A stretch of DNA of 64,000 bases, from IMG/VR virus record IMGVR_UViG_3300032177_000007; one strand, 5' to 3'. Made by a program: the position numbers and the translations under genes. The first letter of the stretch is position 1. The number at the start of each line of letters is the position of its first letter. Under the pieces are notes generated by a model, which was not told the DNA's origin, did no database searches, and was given only the letters and a program-made list of their open reading frames with translations. Source of the DNA: an uncultured virus (IMG/VR IMGVR_UViG_3300032177_000007). Lineage: Duplodnaviria > Heunggongvirae > Uroviricota > Caudoviricetes. This document shows positions 8,771 to 18,179 of this stretch, piece by piece.

Positions 8771-9734
8771 TCCTTTCTAATAAATCTTGGCCTACAGCCT
8801 TCATATAAGGATCAGTCATTCTTTCAACAGCTGATTTCAAAAGATTAACCGAAAAGGATGACAAATCCACTTCAACAACAGGAGCACTTTCCTTCATTAA
8901 TGCCTTTGAAGAAACAATCTTAACTCCTTTATCTCTAAGCTGGTTAATTTTATCAATATCAACATCTTCAGATACAACTACAATTTTCCCTCGCAAGTCC
9001 CCCAACTGATCAATCTGTGTAGCATTCTCCACAAAAATGAACCTTTGAGACAAAGCTACAGGTAACTCTATAAGCGACACACGATCATCAGATATTGACA
9101 TCATGAACTTTTTGAGATCTTCGTCACGCCGTACCTGATATGGTGATCCAATAAATACCACATTACCTTGACTCTGATAATCGTGAAAATCACCTGCAAC
9201 AACTAAAGCAAACTTATGCAGTTTGTTAGAATCAATCCCATTCGTGCAAGCATGTTTTGCACTTACTCGAAATCCAACTATCGGTTGATGAATCAAAGCG
9301 ATCACATTCTCACCACCTTCAGCCTGATCAATAATCGAATAAAAAAGATCTTTATCCTTGCAGAAAGGAATGAAGAGGAATTTTATGTTGTTAATCTTAA
9401 CTATTGTAGGTGTATCGATTATTTGTACACGGAAATCCAACGAGAGAATCTTCAGATTATGATGACCGATAAACGACTCGTCATGATTACCTTTCAAAAT
9501 GACAATCTTTTCGAAGTCCAATGAATGGAAAAAATCTGCGATCGCATCAAGTACTTTGAAAGCAATACGCCGATGAGGGTCTAAATGCTCACTAAAGAAA
9601 TCACCTAAAATGAAAAGCATATTTGCCCTGTGAGCGGTCTGCTGTTCTCTCAGAAACCCTGAAAGCTTTTCATGATACCCATCATTAACAATCTTTTCAT
9701 CGAAATGCAAATCAGACGTGATTAAAATTGACAT
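8751..9734 (-). CDS. sbcD: SbcD/Mre11/gp47-like nuclease
   Basis: SDLH, LGD, GNHD, HQ, GDFH, GSP metallophosphoesterase motifs; adjacent to sbcC. Confidence 0.92.
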   Translation of the reverse strand: MSILITSDLHFDEKIVNDGYHEKLSGFLREQQTAHRANMLFILGDFFSEHLDPHRRIAFKVLDAIADFFHSLDFEKIVILKGNHDESFIGHHNLKILSLDFRVQIIDTPTIVKINNIKFLFIPFCKDKDLFYSIIDQAEGGENVIALIHQPIVGFRVSAKHACTNGIDSNKLHKFALVVAGDFHDYQSQGNVVFIGSPYQVRRDEDLKKFMMSISDDRVSLIELPVALSQRFIFVENATQIDQLGDLRGKIVVVSEDVDIDKINQLRDKGVKIVSSKALMKESAPVVEVDLSSFSVNLLKSAVERMTDPYMKAVGQDLLERIGYGSS

Positions 9735-9796
9735 AATATCCCTTTCCCAAAAAGGCCAGCTTAGGGGTGCAGGACTGGTGCTCACCACTACACTAC

Positions 9797-9985
9797 TCAG
9801 CACATAGTTTCACTGACCTTAACATAATACCCTCGTTTTGACAAAACCTTCTTTTGATGTTGATAAATTGCAGTCGAATAAAAAGTATCGAAGAACTCCT
9901 TTGGTATTCCTAGCAAAAACTTAATGCGTGTAGGGGGTTCTCCACGAGCAATAAGCTCTCTAATCATCTTTACCAAGATTCCCAT
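9797..9985 (-). CDS. Small hypothetical protein
   Basis: ATG 9985 with GGAGG RBS. Confidence 0.45.
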   Translation of the reverse strand: MGILVKMIRELIARGEPPTRIKFLLGIPKEFFDTFYSTAIYQHQKKVLSKRGYYVKVSETMC

Positions 9986-10283
9986 TGTCCTCCCCTTCAT
10001 TGAAGATGTACTCTTCAGAAAGAAGGTCACATAAAATTCTCCAACCAGAAATACTATGAATTGATGGATCATCAAGTGCTGCATCCCATACCATAAAAAG
10101 ATAACGACACAGTCGAGGATCTTTACATTCTTTTAGTAAAGTGATTTCCATCAACGTATCATGAGAAATTATGTTACCCTCACAACCAATGAATGTCACA
10201 TTAGGAAGAAATTTTATTATGATTGCGAAAAGATGCTCCCAGTATTTCTCAACCGTATTCCACCACACTTCTTTTTCAGTCAT
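9960..10283 (-). CDS. Hypothetical protein
   Basis: ORF with AAGGAAGG RBS. Confidence 0.6.
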   Translation of the reverse strand: MTEKEVWWNTVEKYWEHLFAIIIKFLPNVTFIGCEGNIISHDTLMEITLLKECKDPRLCRYLFMVWDAALDDPSIHSISGWRILCDLLSEEYIFNEGEDNGNLGKDD

Positions 10284-10390
10284 AATATTCCTTCCTTAAT
10301 TCTAACGACGATCAAGTCCAATTCTTTTCTGGAATTTCAACCAATATTACATCTCTGCAGAATCTGTAGGTGATAAATTGCTCTTCCACC

Positions 10391-10744
10391 TTAATTATTT
10401 CCGCAACTTGGACAAATTAATCCTTGCTCTCGTAAATGGTTACACTTTACACAACGCCTAAATGTAGTTCGATGAGCATCATACATATCAGAAAAGTCGC
10501 TTTGTAATTGCCGAATCTTATCCAAAAGTAACGCTTCCTGTTCAGTTGCACCTTTCACAATATCCTCATCTATCTTCTTTACACGTGATAGAAGTAGTTT
10601 ATTATCACGTTGCAAGACTTCTACGAAGTAGGCCAATGACAAATTTTTATCTTTTAGTCGCTGTAATTCTTGAAGCACCTCTTTTAAACTTTGAAGATCA
10701 TCGAGCGTCTTATTCAACTTTGTCTCATAAGCTGATACTGACAT
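10391..10744 (-). CDS. Coiled-coil protein with C-terminal Zn ribbon
   Basis: Heptad-rich N-terminus; CVKC...CPSC. Confidence 0.6.
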   Translation of the reverse strand: MSVSAYETKLNKTLDDLQSLKEVLQELQRLKDKNLSLAYFVEVLQRDNKLLLSRVKKIDEDIVKGATEQEALLLDKIRQLQSDFSDMYDAHRTTFRRCVKCNHLREQGLICPSCGNN

Positions 10745-13700
10745 TTATACTTCCCCTTTCCATTCATAATCAATCTGTGACATAAATTCATTTATGAAAT
10801 CCCAACGCATCTCACGATCAGGCCCCATTAAACAATAAGTAACTGTAGCTGCCTGCGTAAGATCATTTAACGAAACACAACTCAAATGCCTAGTTAAAGG
10901 ATCAAATATTGCCTTAGCCAATTCATTTGGATTCAATTCACCTAACCCTTTAAAGCGAGTAATAATCGCGCCTGGAGATTTCTGTATTTTAGATAACTCA
11001 ATATCAGAATATGCAAACTGAATCTTTGTCTTTTCTACAATTCGATAGAGAGGAGATCTAGCAATATAAATATACCCTTGCTCAATCAAAGGTCTCATCC
11101 ATTGCAAAAAGAATGTTAAAAGTAAGCAAGTTATATGTTTTCCGTCACTATTTCGGAGTATCATTCCTGTCATGCCAATTCCGAAATTATGATGCTCTTC
11201 AACTTCCAAGTCGTAAACTCTATCATAAGCATAACTTACTTCTTCGATCCTCCGAATTCTAACCGCAGACACCGTTTCAGTTAGTGGAATAAAATCTCTA
11301 GTACGTGCCATAAAATCAACAACAGGTGTTTTATATTTAGATAGATTCTCTAAGTTAAACATCCTACAAATAAAGTCTAAACTAACAATGTCACGCTGCT
11401 GATTACATGTAACAACAAAAATAGGTTTCCTGTCAATAATAGTAGAACGGCCCCACTGCTCTTTCAATTTCTTGTTTGGAGGACGAGTACGCAATGATGG
11501 AAATACCCCAAACTGACGTAATAAGAATGTTAATCCATCTCTTAAACTCTCTGATGTAGTACGAAAATCAAGGCAAGGAGAATAACCTAAGGCATAATAA
11601 AAACTGCCATCACTATGATATAGCCCCAACAATAAAGCTTTTCGAGTAGACTCTGTTGCCGAAAAGAAAATCTCTGGAATAAATTTAACCGAATGATTAA
11701 CACTTTTCCGTAATCCTAGCTCGTAGAGAATAGCCTGAAACTGAATAGAACAGATAACTGCCTTTGCACAATTCTCGATTCTAAAATATTCTTTAAAATG
11801 ATATCCCAACTTTTTAGAACAATTCCTAATAAAGTCTTCATACAAGTTTAATCCAGTCGCGAACTCAATTGCATACGCAGGACCAGTACCCCATGATCCA
11901 TCACCAATATATAGACCAACTAGATAAGCTATTTCACTATCTAATGTAACATTCCAATCAATAATATTCCTTTTGCAATCAATAATACAACTACCTAGAA
12001 TATCTAAATAATGAAAATTCTCTTTTGAATACTTTACATATACATAAACAGTACTGAGATCGACAGGAACAATCTCTCGAATTCTCTGAAAAACATCTAA
12101 AGGAATTCTTCCTTTGCCCTCATCATATGTTTGCAGCATATTCTTCGAAAATCCTAAAAGACGCTCAACCTTATATCTAGAAAGCTCTCTAGTAAATTGA
12201 ATGTTTCCTTTTGTTAATTTAACAGTGCCATCAACTTTCCAATCGAAATCTTTAGCAAGGACTCTTATGAAGAGGCTATTCTCGCTCTTCTGTACCTCAA
12301 TAAGGGATTCTCTTAAATCTAAAGTGATTTCTCTATTGACAACAGGTAGTGAGTTACTAATAATTAAGAAATCACGTTTGGTATTAATTTCAAGAGGGCC
12401 TTTCCGACAAATCTCATCAGTTAAACAATTAAAGGTATAAACCATATGGTCTTTAGTTACATCTTCAGAATAGCCCTTCGTCGTGATTCTATACATCTTC
12501 TTTTTATTATATTTGTGACTAATGATCCTGAGAACCTTTTTATTTTCACTCTCTCTAGAATTTACGTTCAATGATAGAACTGAATGAATCTTATCCAATA
12601 CCACAGAATCAATACGATCAAATCGAATAAAACCATCTTTATTAATAAAAGGAATTTTTGTTTCAGCACTAACACTGTCGGCATCACTGGCAATGATGAT
12701 CTTCGAATAGCGAGGTCTAATCGTAATCTGCTTTCCCGAGATATCAACGCCAACCGCAGCGAAGATATCTTTAATCACATCACTCTCAACTGTTTTAGAA
12801 AGTGTTGCTTTTAAAGTGTTTAGAGTTTTTCCTCGGATTGGTAATATTGCCTGGAATCGACGGTCACGAGCCTGCTTTGCAGTACCTGAAGCACTATTAT
12901 GAACTAATAAAGGGATTGCTCCAACATGAAAATTCTCATTATCCTTAATACTTAAATCGTAAACATATGGATTATTGTAAGGAACTCTCTCAATCTTAAC
13001 AACTGGAATATACCTAAAATCTCCTTGACAAAAATATTGCGGCCGATCAGATATATTTTTATCAGAATTGAAACTCTCAAATAATTTGCATATAAACTTC
13101 AACCGTATTTGATCGTTATATTTATTAATGGTAACACAAAAAACCTCTTTAGTTATACCACTAATACCTTGGATAATATATCTTTTTGAGGGTTTACTTT
13201 GAAATACTGGAATAATACCAAAATATAAAAATAACAACCTACATAATTCAAAAGCCAATCTTCTAGATGAAGTCTCGAAACCTAACTTAAAATAATCTGT
13301 ATCAGTAGTTAAATAACCACCACTTAAGTATAATCCTTTTAAAAGACTTTCGACAACTTCCTTACTCTCCGAAAAGAAGCACTGAGGAATAAATTTATCT
13401 GATGATTTAATCTCATGAGTCAATCCTAATGCATATAAAATCAATCTCAGTTCAAGAACACCTAGTTGAAAACATTTATTAGCAGGTTTTGATTCCGTGA
13501 TCGTACCGTGAGACTTAAAAAGACGTTCTGAACACAATCTTAACTGATCACTAATCAGATGTTTATCTTCTCCAATACAAAAAGCGACTTGTGCTTTAGG
13601 AGTGCAAGGCATACGATGATAGCCATCTCCAATATACTGCCCTATAATAAAAGCTAAGTCTACAGACATTTTATATTGAAGAGGTAAAGGACTAAGAAAA

Positions 13701-15658
13701 TGATCCCCTAAGCCCCCTGAACCTCTTTGAATAACAAATTGAAAACTACTTTTGCCTGAATAATATTTAACATTTTCTTCTGTCAAAGGTAACTTGATAA
13801 AAAAATCCTTCTCATTAAAGTCCTGAATAAATTTTTTGACCTTCCCAAAATGGAATAAACTAATTGAATACCTTTTACGATCAAACCCTTCCAAAGCATT
13901 ATAAGAGATATTAGTCCATCTTGAAATTGTAGATCTATCCATTCCATAACAATAAAATACGTCTTTTAAACTACAAATGAGCCCTTCTACACCAAAATCA
14001 AAATCTTGATAATCTAACTGAATAAACTTGTTGCTAATCTTCTGAGTTCGAGATTCCCCAACAACTCTAACTAAAACTGAAATTACATTGATTGGACTAG
14101 ATATTATATTAAACTCCTCTTGTATTGGAGAAACAAGCAAATCTCCTATCTTGATATCTGAAAGCCCAACCTCATGTAAAGAAGAATCTCTATATACATA
14201 AATACTCTGATTATCTTCTGTAATATCAAACCAAAAACCCCCTTTTACCTTAACTCTAAAAATATACTTCTTATTATATAAATGACGAATAACACCAATA
14301 ACTCGTTTGATCTCATATTTACCAGAATGAAGATTAAAACTTCGAACGCTTTCTATATCTTCAGGATTAATATCACAAATACGTAAAAATCTTTCAACTC
14401 CCTTCTTATCAATAAAAGGAATCATAGTATCATAACTAACGCTCTCTCCTTCTACTATATACAGTTCTCCATATCCCTCTTGATCTTGACAGTCAGCAAG
14501 CTTACCAGGAAGAATAATAGTAGTAGTCTTTTGATCACCAAGCTCTTTCAAAGCATTCTTTAAATCTTTCGATTTCGCTCTTCTCTGTTGAACAGCTGTC
14601 AGAAAGGGTTTATAATATTTTGTAAGGAGTGCCTTGAACCCTCGAGCTTCCCACACTCTATCAAAAAGGTATTCATATAATGGGCGGATCTTATCATACT
14701 TTAAATCAGCAACCTCTTTAGATTGCCCTTTGAAATGAATTACACTTACAGGAGCTCGAATAGATAATACCAAACTAATAGACTCCTGCAAATCACCTGA
14801 TTCAAAACCCATCCCAGATTCATTCAACTGCTTCGCAAAGCAATCATAAAATGACGATAAAAAATTACCCCTCTGCACTGGAACATTATTGACGAAACAA
14901 AACACTTTAGGATTATACGATAATGAAAACGCAAAAAGCACATAAACCTTATTATCAGCCGTAGCATTAGGAATCTCAATAACTTCATGAAGCAAATCTT
15001 TTGACTCAATTAACGAACAAGGTGATCTATCTTTTAACTCTAAATCTTGCCCGTCGAGATCTGCTACAATATGCAACGAGTTCAAACAGGAGATGAAAAA
15101 TAAGTCTTCAACAAGCCAATCAACAGATATATCTATCGTATTAAAGATTTCATTATCAGGAGTATATACAACAAGGGTTCCATTTTCCTCTGAAGTACTT
15201 CCAAGCACAACATCAGAATCAGGAATACCTTTCTTAAAGAATTGATGTGCACTCTTCCCATCACGGAACGATTTAATTATAAGGGAAGAAGATAAAGCAT
15301 TCACAACCGACAACCCCACACCGTGTAATCCCGCAGAAATTTTATAGAGGTTCTCATCGAACTTTCCGCCTGCATGTAATTGAGTTGCGACTAATGTGAG
15401 GGTATTAATCTGCTCTTCGGGATGAATTCCGAATGGGACGCCTCTACCAAAATCTCGTACTATTATCTGAGAACCAACCTTCTTGACTATTAATTTATTA
15501 CCATATCCTGCTAAATGTTCATCTACTGCATTTGTCAAAATCTCGCGAAACATATGACGAATACCACTAGCGTCAAGACTAGTAATGTACATCATAGGAC
15601 GTTTGCGAACAGCTTCAACGCCCTTGAAAACCTGTATTGATTTATCGTCGTATTTCAT
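10745..15658 (-). CDS. gyrB: Type IIA topoisomerase B subunit (GyrB/ParE) with two inteins; ~612 aa after splicing
   Basis: EAVRKRPMMYI, EILTNAVDE, D.GRGVP, LHAGGKF, GLHGVGLSVVNALS, PGKLADC, EGE|SA, PIRGK, DAD|SDG, RFKGLGE. Confidence 0.95.
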   Translation of the reverse strand: MKYDDKSIQVFKGVEAVRKRPMMYITSLDASGIRHMFREILTNAVDEHLAGYGNKLIVKKVGSQIIVRDFGRGVPFGIHPEEQINTLTLVATQLHAGGKFDENLYKISAGLHGVGLSVVNALSSSLIIKSFRDGKSAHQFFKKGIPDSDVVLGSTSEENGTLVVYTPDNEIFNTIDISVDWLVEDLFFISCLNSLHIVADLDGQDLELKDRSPCSLIESKDLLHEVIEIPNATADNKVYVLFAFSLSYNPKVFCFVNNVPVQRGNFLSSFYDCFAKQLNESGMGFESGDLQESISLVLSIRAPVSVIHFKGQSKEVADLKYDKIRPLYEYLFDRVWEARGFKALLTKYYKPFLTAVQQRRAKSKDLKNALKELGDQKTTTIILPGKLADCQDQEGYGELYIVEGESVSYDTMIPFIDKKGVERFLRICDINPEDIESVRSFNLHSGKYEIKRVIGVIRHLYNKKYIFRVKVKGGFWFDITEDNQSIYVYRDSSLHEVGLSDIKIGDLLVSPIQEEFNIISSPINVISVLVRVVGESRTQKISNKFIQLDYQDFDFGVEGLICSLKDVFYCYGMDRSTISRWTNISYNALEGFDRKRYSISLFHFGKVKKFIQDFNEKDFFIKLPLTEENVKYYSGKSSFQFVIQRGSGGLGDHFLSPLPLQYKMSVDLAFIIGQYIGDGYHRMPCTPKAQVAFCIGEDKHLISDQLRLCSERLFKSHGTITESKPANKCFQLGVLELRLILYALGLTHEIKSSDKFIPQCFFSESKEVVESLLKGLYLSGGYLTTDTDYFKLGFETSSRRLAFELCRLLFLYFGIIPVFQSKPSKRYIIQGISGITKEVFCVTINKYNDQIRLKFICKLFESFNSDKNISDRPQYFCQGDFRYIPVVKIERVPYNNPYVYDLSIKDNENFHVGAIPLLVHNSASGTAKQARDRRFQAILPIRGKTLNTLKATLSKTVESDVIKDIFAAVGVDISGKQITIRPRYSKIIIASDADSVSAETKIPFINKDGFIRFDRIDSVVLDKIHSVLSLNVNSRESENKKVLRIISHKYNKKKMYRITTKGYSEDVTKDHMVYTFNCLTDEICRKGPLEINTKRDFLIISNSLPVVNREITLDLRESLIEVQKSENSLFIRVLAKDFDWKVDGTVKLTKGNIQFTRELSRYKVERLLGFSKNMLQTYDEGKGRIPLDVFQRIREIVPVDLSTVYVYVKYSKENFHYLDILGSCIIDCKRNIIDWNVTLDSEIAYLVGLYIGDGSWGTGPAYAIEFATGLNLYEDFIRNCSKKLGYHFKEYFRIENCAKAVICSIQFQAILYELGLRKSVNHSVKFIPEIFFSATESTRKALLLGLYHSDGSFYYALGYSPCLDFRTTSESLRDGLTFLLRQFGVFPSLRTRPPNKKLKEQWGRSTIIDRKPIFVVTCNQQRDIVSLDFICRMFNLENLSKYKTPVVDFMARTRDFIPLTETVSAVRIRRIEEVSYAYDRVYDLEVEEHHNFGIGMTGMILRNSDGKHITCLLLTFFLQWMRPLIEQGYIYIARSPLYRIVEKTKIQFAYSDIELSKIQKSPGAIITRFKGLGELNPNELAKAIFDPLTRHLSCVSLNDLTQAATVTYCLMGPDREMRWDFINEFMSQIDYEWKGEV
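11150..12676 (-). mobile_element. Intein 2 (509 aa) with HTH and LAGLIDADG domain
   Basis: ASDAD|SVSAETKIPF ... VTKDH ... VYDLEVEEHHNF...MILRN|SDGKHI; IAYLVGLYIGDG and LLGLYHSDG. Confidence 0.92.
12896..14443 (-). mobile_element. Intein 1 (516 aa) with HTH and LAGLIDADG domain
   Basis: YIVEGE|SVSYDTMIPF ... VYDLSI.DNENF...LLVHN|SASG; LAFIIGQYIGDG. Confidence 0.92.
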
Positions 15659-16245
15659 CTGTAATGCAATAACATCTTTTGAATTATTCCAAACGTCCTA
15701 CCACACTCACAAGTAGACAGAACTCCATTCAACCCACGTAAAGCATAATCTACCAAAGGAAGCCAACAAACAAATTTCTTCTTCGAGGGAAACGATTGTA
15801 AAATTAATGGCGCAGCCTCTTCTGACTCCTCAAGCTTCACCTTGAACTTAAGCAGATCAAGTGTTGAAGGGATGGAAAATACATCCTCAACATGCATCAA
15901 GAATAATTCCCATAAATAAAATAGCTCTATATACTGAGGAATTTCTCCAAAGATCGGAATTACTATAGAATGATTGCTATCCCATGTTTCAAGCATAACA
16001 AGTTCAAATTCACTCTGGAATCGATCTCGAAATACAGGATTAACTAAAGCATTTAAAGGGAATAAAGACATCTTTAGCATTTCATCACAAGGAATTGAAT
16101 TTAAACATTCACATGTAAAGTGTAAAGTATTATCAACCCGAACAAAAGGAAAGTATAACCCCTGATTCTGGAAAGTTGATATTTGAATTAGAGGTTCTCT
16201 TTCGACTTGAGTAAACATTAACGCTCTTTCTATATTAGAGTCCAA
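15655..16245 (-). CDS. Hypothetical protein (CxC motifs)
   Basis: ORF coupled to gyrB by ATGA overlap. Confidence 0.6.
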   Translation of the reverse strand: MDSNIERALMFTQVEREPLIQISTFQNQGLYFPFVRVDNTLHFTCECLNSIPCDEMLKMSLFPLNALVNPVFRDRFQSEFELVMLETWDSNHSIVIPIFGEIPQYIELFYLWELFLMHVEDVFSIPSTLDLLKFKVKLEESEEAAPLILQSFPSKKKFVCWLPLVDYALRGLNGVLSTCECGRTFGIIQKMLLHYR

Positions 16246-16868
16246 GCGACTCTAGCGTGCATTGGATCAATTTTCGTGAATACCTCACGGAAGTCAAATA
16301 AAGCAAACGTATTATCGAAGTTATAAAATCGAACTCCGAGAGTTTCAACTAATCGAGTAAGAGATAACGTAAGCATTGCTCCTTCCGACTTCATAACAAC
16401 TAATGGAATCCTTGTCGCCTCCTCAGAACATTTTAGTTTGTGAATTAACTCTTCCATAAACATAAACGGTTTGGTAAACAGCTCTCCAATTGCTATATCT
16501 CGACACTTCAATTCAAAAACAGCTAACTCTAGAAGCCAGCCCCCAAGTTCTACTTTCTCGGGGTAGCAAGTAATATCTCCTAACTGAATTTTTGCACGCT
16601 TACGCGTTGCCCAACCCCCAGACCCTGAAGTCCTCCAATAAATATTTTCATCAACACCTTTAGATACCCACAGAGATAATGCCCTACAAAATTGTCTTTC
16701 AAAACTAGATCCCTTTTGTGTTGGGTGCTTCATCCGCTTTTCCATTTCCACAGATACACCCACCCAAGGAAAGGGGCAAGTATTAACCCAATCATGAATC
16801 TCCTTCTTCGGAATCTCACCTTCATAATCAACTGTCCCATGAATACGAACAGAAACTATTCTGCTCAC
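16230..16868 (-). CDS. Hjc-like PD-(D/E)xK Holliday junction resolvase
   Basis: KGSSFER..C..LS.W, R..GSGG, GDI, FELK. Confidence 0.8.
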   Translation of the reverse strand: MSRIVSVRIHGTVDYEGEIPKKEIHDWVNTCPFPWVGVSVEMEKRMKHPTQKGSSFERQFCRALSLWVSKGVDENIYWRTSGSGGWATRKRAKIQLGDITCYPEKVELGGWLLELAVFELKCRDIAIGELFTKPFMFMEELIHKLKCSEEATRIPLVVMKSEGAMLTLSLTRLVETLGVRFYNFDNTFALFDFREVFTKIDPMHARVAWTLI

Positions 16869-17392
16869 GACTTTCCTCTTTTGATTATTTGAGACGCCTT
16901 AGCAGCCTCAACGTTTAAAGTATGCTCAGTTGAATATTCCGCTTCTTTCAAAACCTCTTTTTCGGTCCTTCGATCTAGAGTTCGCAGCGCCAACAATGCG
17001 TCAGCTGCACGTGCTGAAGTACTCGTAAGAAGCATAAACGTTTCTTCAAAACCTTCCACAGTACAGAACATCACATGCTTCTCAAACTCTTCCTTGAATT
17101 GAGTTTCAAATGTTAAGATGATATGTAGAGCACAATTACTATCTCTAAAATCTGGCAACTTGACAACCTTCTTATACGGATCAAAAGGATTATGCTTGAT
17201 AGGATCTCTTGCGTCCACAAACAAATTATCATTAAACGTTTCCAGATGACGAGACCATTTCAACTTAATCTTTTCACCCTCAGGAATTCTATACCCTAGC
17301 TTAAATACTAACACTCTTGGCCGAACTCTAGTATCAGAGCGCTTGATCAAGACAGGAACTTCCTGAGAATAGATAGATAAAAATGATCTCAC
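16865..17392 (-). CDS. Hypothetical protein
   Basis: ORF with overlapping start/stop on both sides. Confidence 0.6.
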   Translation of the reverse strand: MRSFLSIYSQEVPVLIKRSDTRVRPRVLVFKLGYRIPEGEKIKLKWSRHLETFNDNLFVDARDPIKHNPFDPYKKVVKLPDFRDSNCALHIILTFETQFKEEFEKHVMFCTVEGFEETFMLLTSTSARAADALLALRTLDRRTEKEVLKEAEYSTEHTLNVEAAKASQIIKRGKS

Positions 17393-17946
17393 GTTGAAAA
17401 TTCCGATCTCGAGTTGATTGTACAGATACTTGCCTTAATCTGAGAATCGCTATATTTATTTGGTTGTATTAATACTAAATCTTCTATAACATGTTCGTAA
17501 GAACCCCAACAGTTACGGGTCTCATCCATTTTGACAGTAACAGATTTGAGATCAGCAATTCGATCTAGCCGGTTTACATTCATAAAGTAATATAAAATTT
17601 GTCTCGTAAGCATTTCAGCCCAAACTGTAGTCATATGCTCTACAGTAGGATCTCCATGACGAAGAACAACTTTCTTCATTTTATATTCAGTGAGAACTTT
17701 TACAAAAGGATCCGACTCATTCACAATAGTACAATGATCAAAAGTCTGCTCAAGATTTGAAATCCTTTCTTTCAGAGTACTAAAGTCAATAAACATCCCA
17801 TCATATGCACGACGGGCAGACACAATTACTTCACCTTCATAATTATGCCCATGCAAGTGACTACAAGGATGATTTTTGTCTACACAGAGAAAAAGTCTAT
17901 GGCTCGCACAGAAACTAAAATGTCTTGCTACACAAGTTCCCATCAT
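17389..17946 (-). CDS. queD: 6-carboxytetrahydropterin synthase
   Basis: FCASHRL, C..LHGHNY, IDF..LK, FDH, PTVE, ET motifs. Confidence 0.92.
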   Translation of the reverse strand: MMGTCVARHFSFCASHRLFLCVDKNHPCSHLHGHNYEGEVIVSARRAYDGMFIDFSTLKERISNLEQTFDHCTIVNESDPFVKVLTEYKMKKVVLRHGDPTVEHMTTVWAEMLTRQILYYFMNVNRLDRIADLKSVTVKMDETRNCWGSYEHVIEDLVLIQPNKYSDSQIKASICTINSRSEFST

Positions 17947-18179
17947 TGAATACTCCTATGCGGGTAAAGTTCTGAACACATATACCCAAAGTAACCATCA
18001 ATATGAATTTGATAATTAGGGCAACCACATCCTAAAATCTCAATCACAGTACCTAAGTCCTGCACACGCAGATGATTATAAAAGGTGTTTGCTTCCCTAT
18101 TACGAAAGAAATGATTAGCCCACCATTTACCTTTCATACGTAAACAGTACGACATTAAATCAAACTCTAAATAACTCAT
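17943..18179 (-). CDS. Hypothetical protein
   Basis: ATGA-coupled ORF. Confidence 0.55.
   Translation of the reverse strand: MSYLEFDLMSYCLRMKGKWWANHFFRNREANTFYNHLRVQDLGTVIEILGCGCPNYQIHIDGYFGYMCSELYPHRSIQ

Noticed and set aside
10280..10390. Possible frameshifted micro-gene (MEEQFITYRF...PEK / ELDLIVVRIKEGIL)
   Set aside because: Too short and without recognisable homology to distinguish from chance.
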